A stretch of DNA of 64,000 nucleotides from positions 3,072,001 through 3,136,000 of the forward strand of contig CP181291.1 in the NCBI GenBank assembly GCA_052279835.1, given 5' to 3'. The notes beneath the pieces were generated by a model. It was not told the DNA's origin and did no database searches. It saw only the letters and a list, made by a program, of their open reading frames with translations. The translations under genes were made by a program, and so were the position numbers. Source of the stretch: Microcoleus sp. Its GTDB lineage: Bacteria > Cyanobacteriota > Cyanobacteriia > Cyanobacteriales > Microcoleaceae. Positions 62,597 to 64,000 of the stretch are shown in pieces; position 1 is the stretch's first letter, and each line of letters opens with the position of its first letter.

Positions 62597-64000
62597 TTAC
62601 AGTCTACAAGTCTCGACGCGAGAGAAGAGAACACTTCCCAATCCAAAATATCCTCTGGCTCTGGTAGCTCTAGCAGCGGTTCTAACTCCTCCTCTAAGTC
62701 TTCTGGCTCTATCTCCGGCTCTAGCTCCTGTTTCTAACTCCGGCTCTAAATCTTCTGGCTCTCTCTCCACCAGAAATGCCAACGCCGGGAAGTGTGCTTC
62801 TGGTGCTTCGGTGTAGATTGATCCTGCACTATAACATAGATCAAGAGAACCCAACCATTCCTTATTCACATACCAACCTACCCGACGACCAAACGCTTCC
62901 CATATTTTCTGATCATATTCCCTAGTTCCCCTTAGACTTTGATAGATGCGCTTCTGCACGGAAAAGCCGAAGCGCCCATATCTGTCAGAGCTGTATTTTA
63001 CCCAAAGTTGGTCAATGGTACGCAAGTCCTCGCAGGGGAATTTTTCAATACTTTCTCTATCCAGAAATCTTTCTTTCTCCTTACCTGCCACCTTCAGCAT
63101 CACTCTTGCCGTTTCTTCATCGGCTTCTATCCACTTTTTAGCTGCCAGTAAATCGCGCAACTTAGTATAGTCTATTCCCCTCTCTGATCTCAGAGGAACA
63201 TCTGGTGCAGTAGGAATAGGATTCACCACAGATGTAGATTTGGGAGACAATGGAGATGCCGATTTGTTCGCAACACTGCTACTAACAGAACTACCTTGAG
63301 AATATCGCTCATTTTTAATCTGCGATATAGCGATTCTTTGAATTCCATTAATCGCATCCATATCGCCAGTAGATGCAGCCAATACGCGAATCCACAACTG
63401 TTTTGCTAGTGCATAATCTTTATTTAATTCCGCTTGATAGGCATCATTTTTAAGAATAGAAACATCCTGTAAACTTGCATATTGCGGGCAAATAATTAAA
63501 TGGGACTTCGTGACCGGCTCTACAATACAGTAAGGTGTTTGCCGCACTTTTTCGCCTTTATGTTCCCGAATCAGTTCGGGAACTCGCACACTCAAATAAT
63601 GATTCAATCGCTCGACAGTTGCACATTTACCTTGAATGCCCAAGCCCTCCAGCACTGCTTTTGTGAAAATACCTTGCTGTAAAGTTTCAATTTCGTAGGA
63701 CAATTGATTGGGACTGCAAGAAAAGAAGGTGACAACTCCTTTTTGCCGAGCAATTTCAGCAGCTTGATTGCCGATTCCCAATCCCGATTTACTTCCTCGA
63801 TACCGACAAGCATCCAGCAGCAAAATCACATTTCCAGCACCGCAGCCGCGCAAACATTCAGTCACAAAATCAATCGGAATCGCCGTATGTTCGACATCTT
63901 CCGCATCGCCATCGCAAGGCATCAAATAATCGCGCCCATCATACTGCATCCCGTGCCCGCTGAAGAAAAACCACAAATTATCTCCAGTTGCCATAGTAGG
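62597..64000 (-). CDS. Caspase-family (C14) peptidase fused to a GUN4-like domain, 5' partial
   Basis: FSGHG and LLLDACR catalytic dyad; DYTKLRDLL...ADEET...DLRTIDQLW...RFGFSVQK. Confidence 0.9.
   Translation of the reverse strand, partial: PTMATGDNLWFFFSGHGMQYDGRDYLMPCDGDAEDVEHTAIPIDFVTECLRGCGAGNVILLLDACRYRGSKSGLGIGNQAAEIARQKGVVTFFSCSPNQLSYEIETLQQGIFTKAVLEGLGIQGKCATVERLNHYLSVRVPELIREHKGEKVRQTPYCIVEPVTKSHLIICPQYASLQDVSILKNDAYQAELNKDYALAKQLWIRVLAASTGDMDAINGIQRIAISQIKNERYSQGSSVSSSVANKSASPLSPKSTSVVNPIPTAPDVPLRSERGIDYTKLRDLLAAKKWIEADEETARVMLKVAGKEKERFLDRESIEKFPCEDLRTIDQLWVKYSSDRYGRFGFSVQKRIYQSLRGTREYDQKIWEAFGRRVGWYVNKEWLGSLDLCYSAGSIYTEAPEAHFPALAFLVEREPEDLEPELETGARAGDRARRLRGGVRTAARATRARGYFGLGSVLFSRVETCRL

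Noticed and set aside
1..64000. tRNA, rRNA or riboswitch genes
   Set aside because: None was recognised by eye; a covariance-model scan would be needed to exclude small RNAs.

Overview
A 64 kb chromosomal window from a filamentous cyanobacterium, probably Microcoleus/Oscillatoriales-like. This is inferred from abundant HIP1 GCGATCGC octamers, heptamer tandem repeats, a CAB-tailed ferrochelatase, and XisH/XisI, Uma2 and GUN4 proteins. Housekeeping genes (gdhA, hemH, leuB, pyrF/pyrE fusion, galT, acs, phosphomannomutase, trhO) alternate with accessory blocks: (i) an HTH-AAA / AAA-WD40 / WD40-only NLR-like locus with a divergent small protein and a TCACAA operator-like array, bracketed by a duplicated antitoxin segment (19.5-29.7 kb); (ii) small accessory genes stacked behind repeated copies of the acs 3' end, with duplication breakpoints at HIP1 sites (31.6-36 kb); (iii) a sulfur/transporter island (cysA, Rrf2, cysK, TSUP, DUF202 x2, CadD-like x2, APC permease, LysR; 36.3-47 kb); (iv) an attC-like site behind a cassette-like gene and a GC-rich TetR/dehydrogenase pair (52-55 kb); (v) mostly decayed toxin-antitoxin pairs, a REP-doublet array and a caspase-GUN4 gene at the end. 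A 123-bp IS200/IS605 right-end (omegaRNA-like) element with no tnpA/tnpB sits directly in front of hemH. No rRNA, tRNA or CRISPR array was seen. Four +1 frameshifts in short base runs may be sequencing errors. All family assignments come from motif recognition, not database searches.
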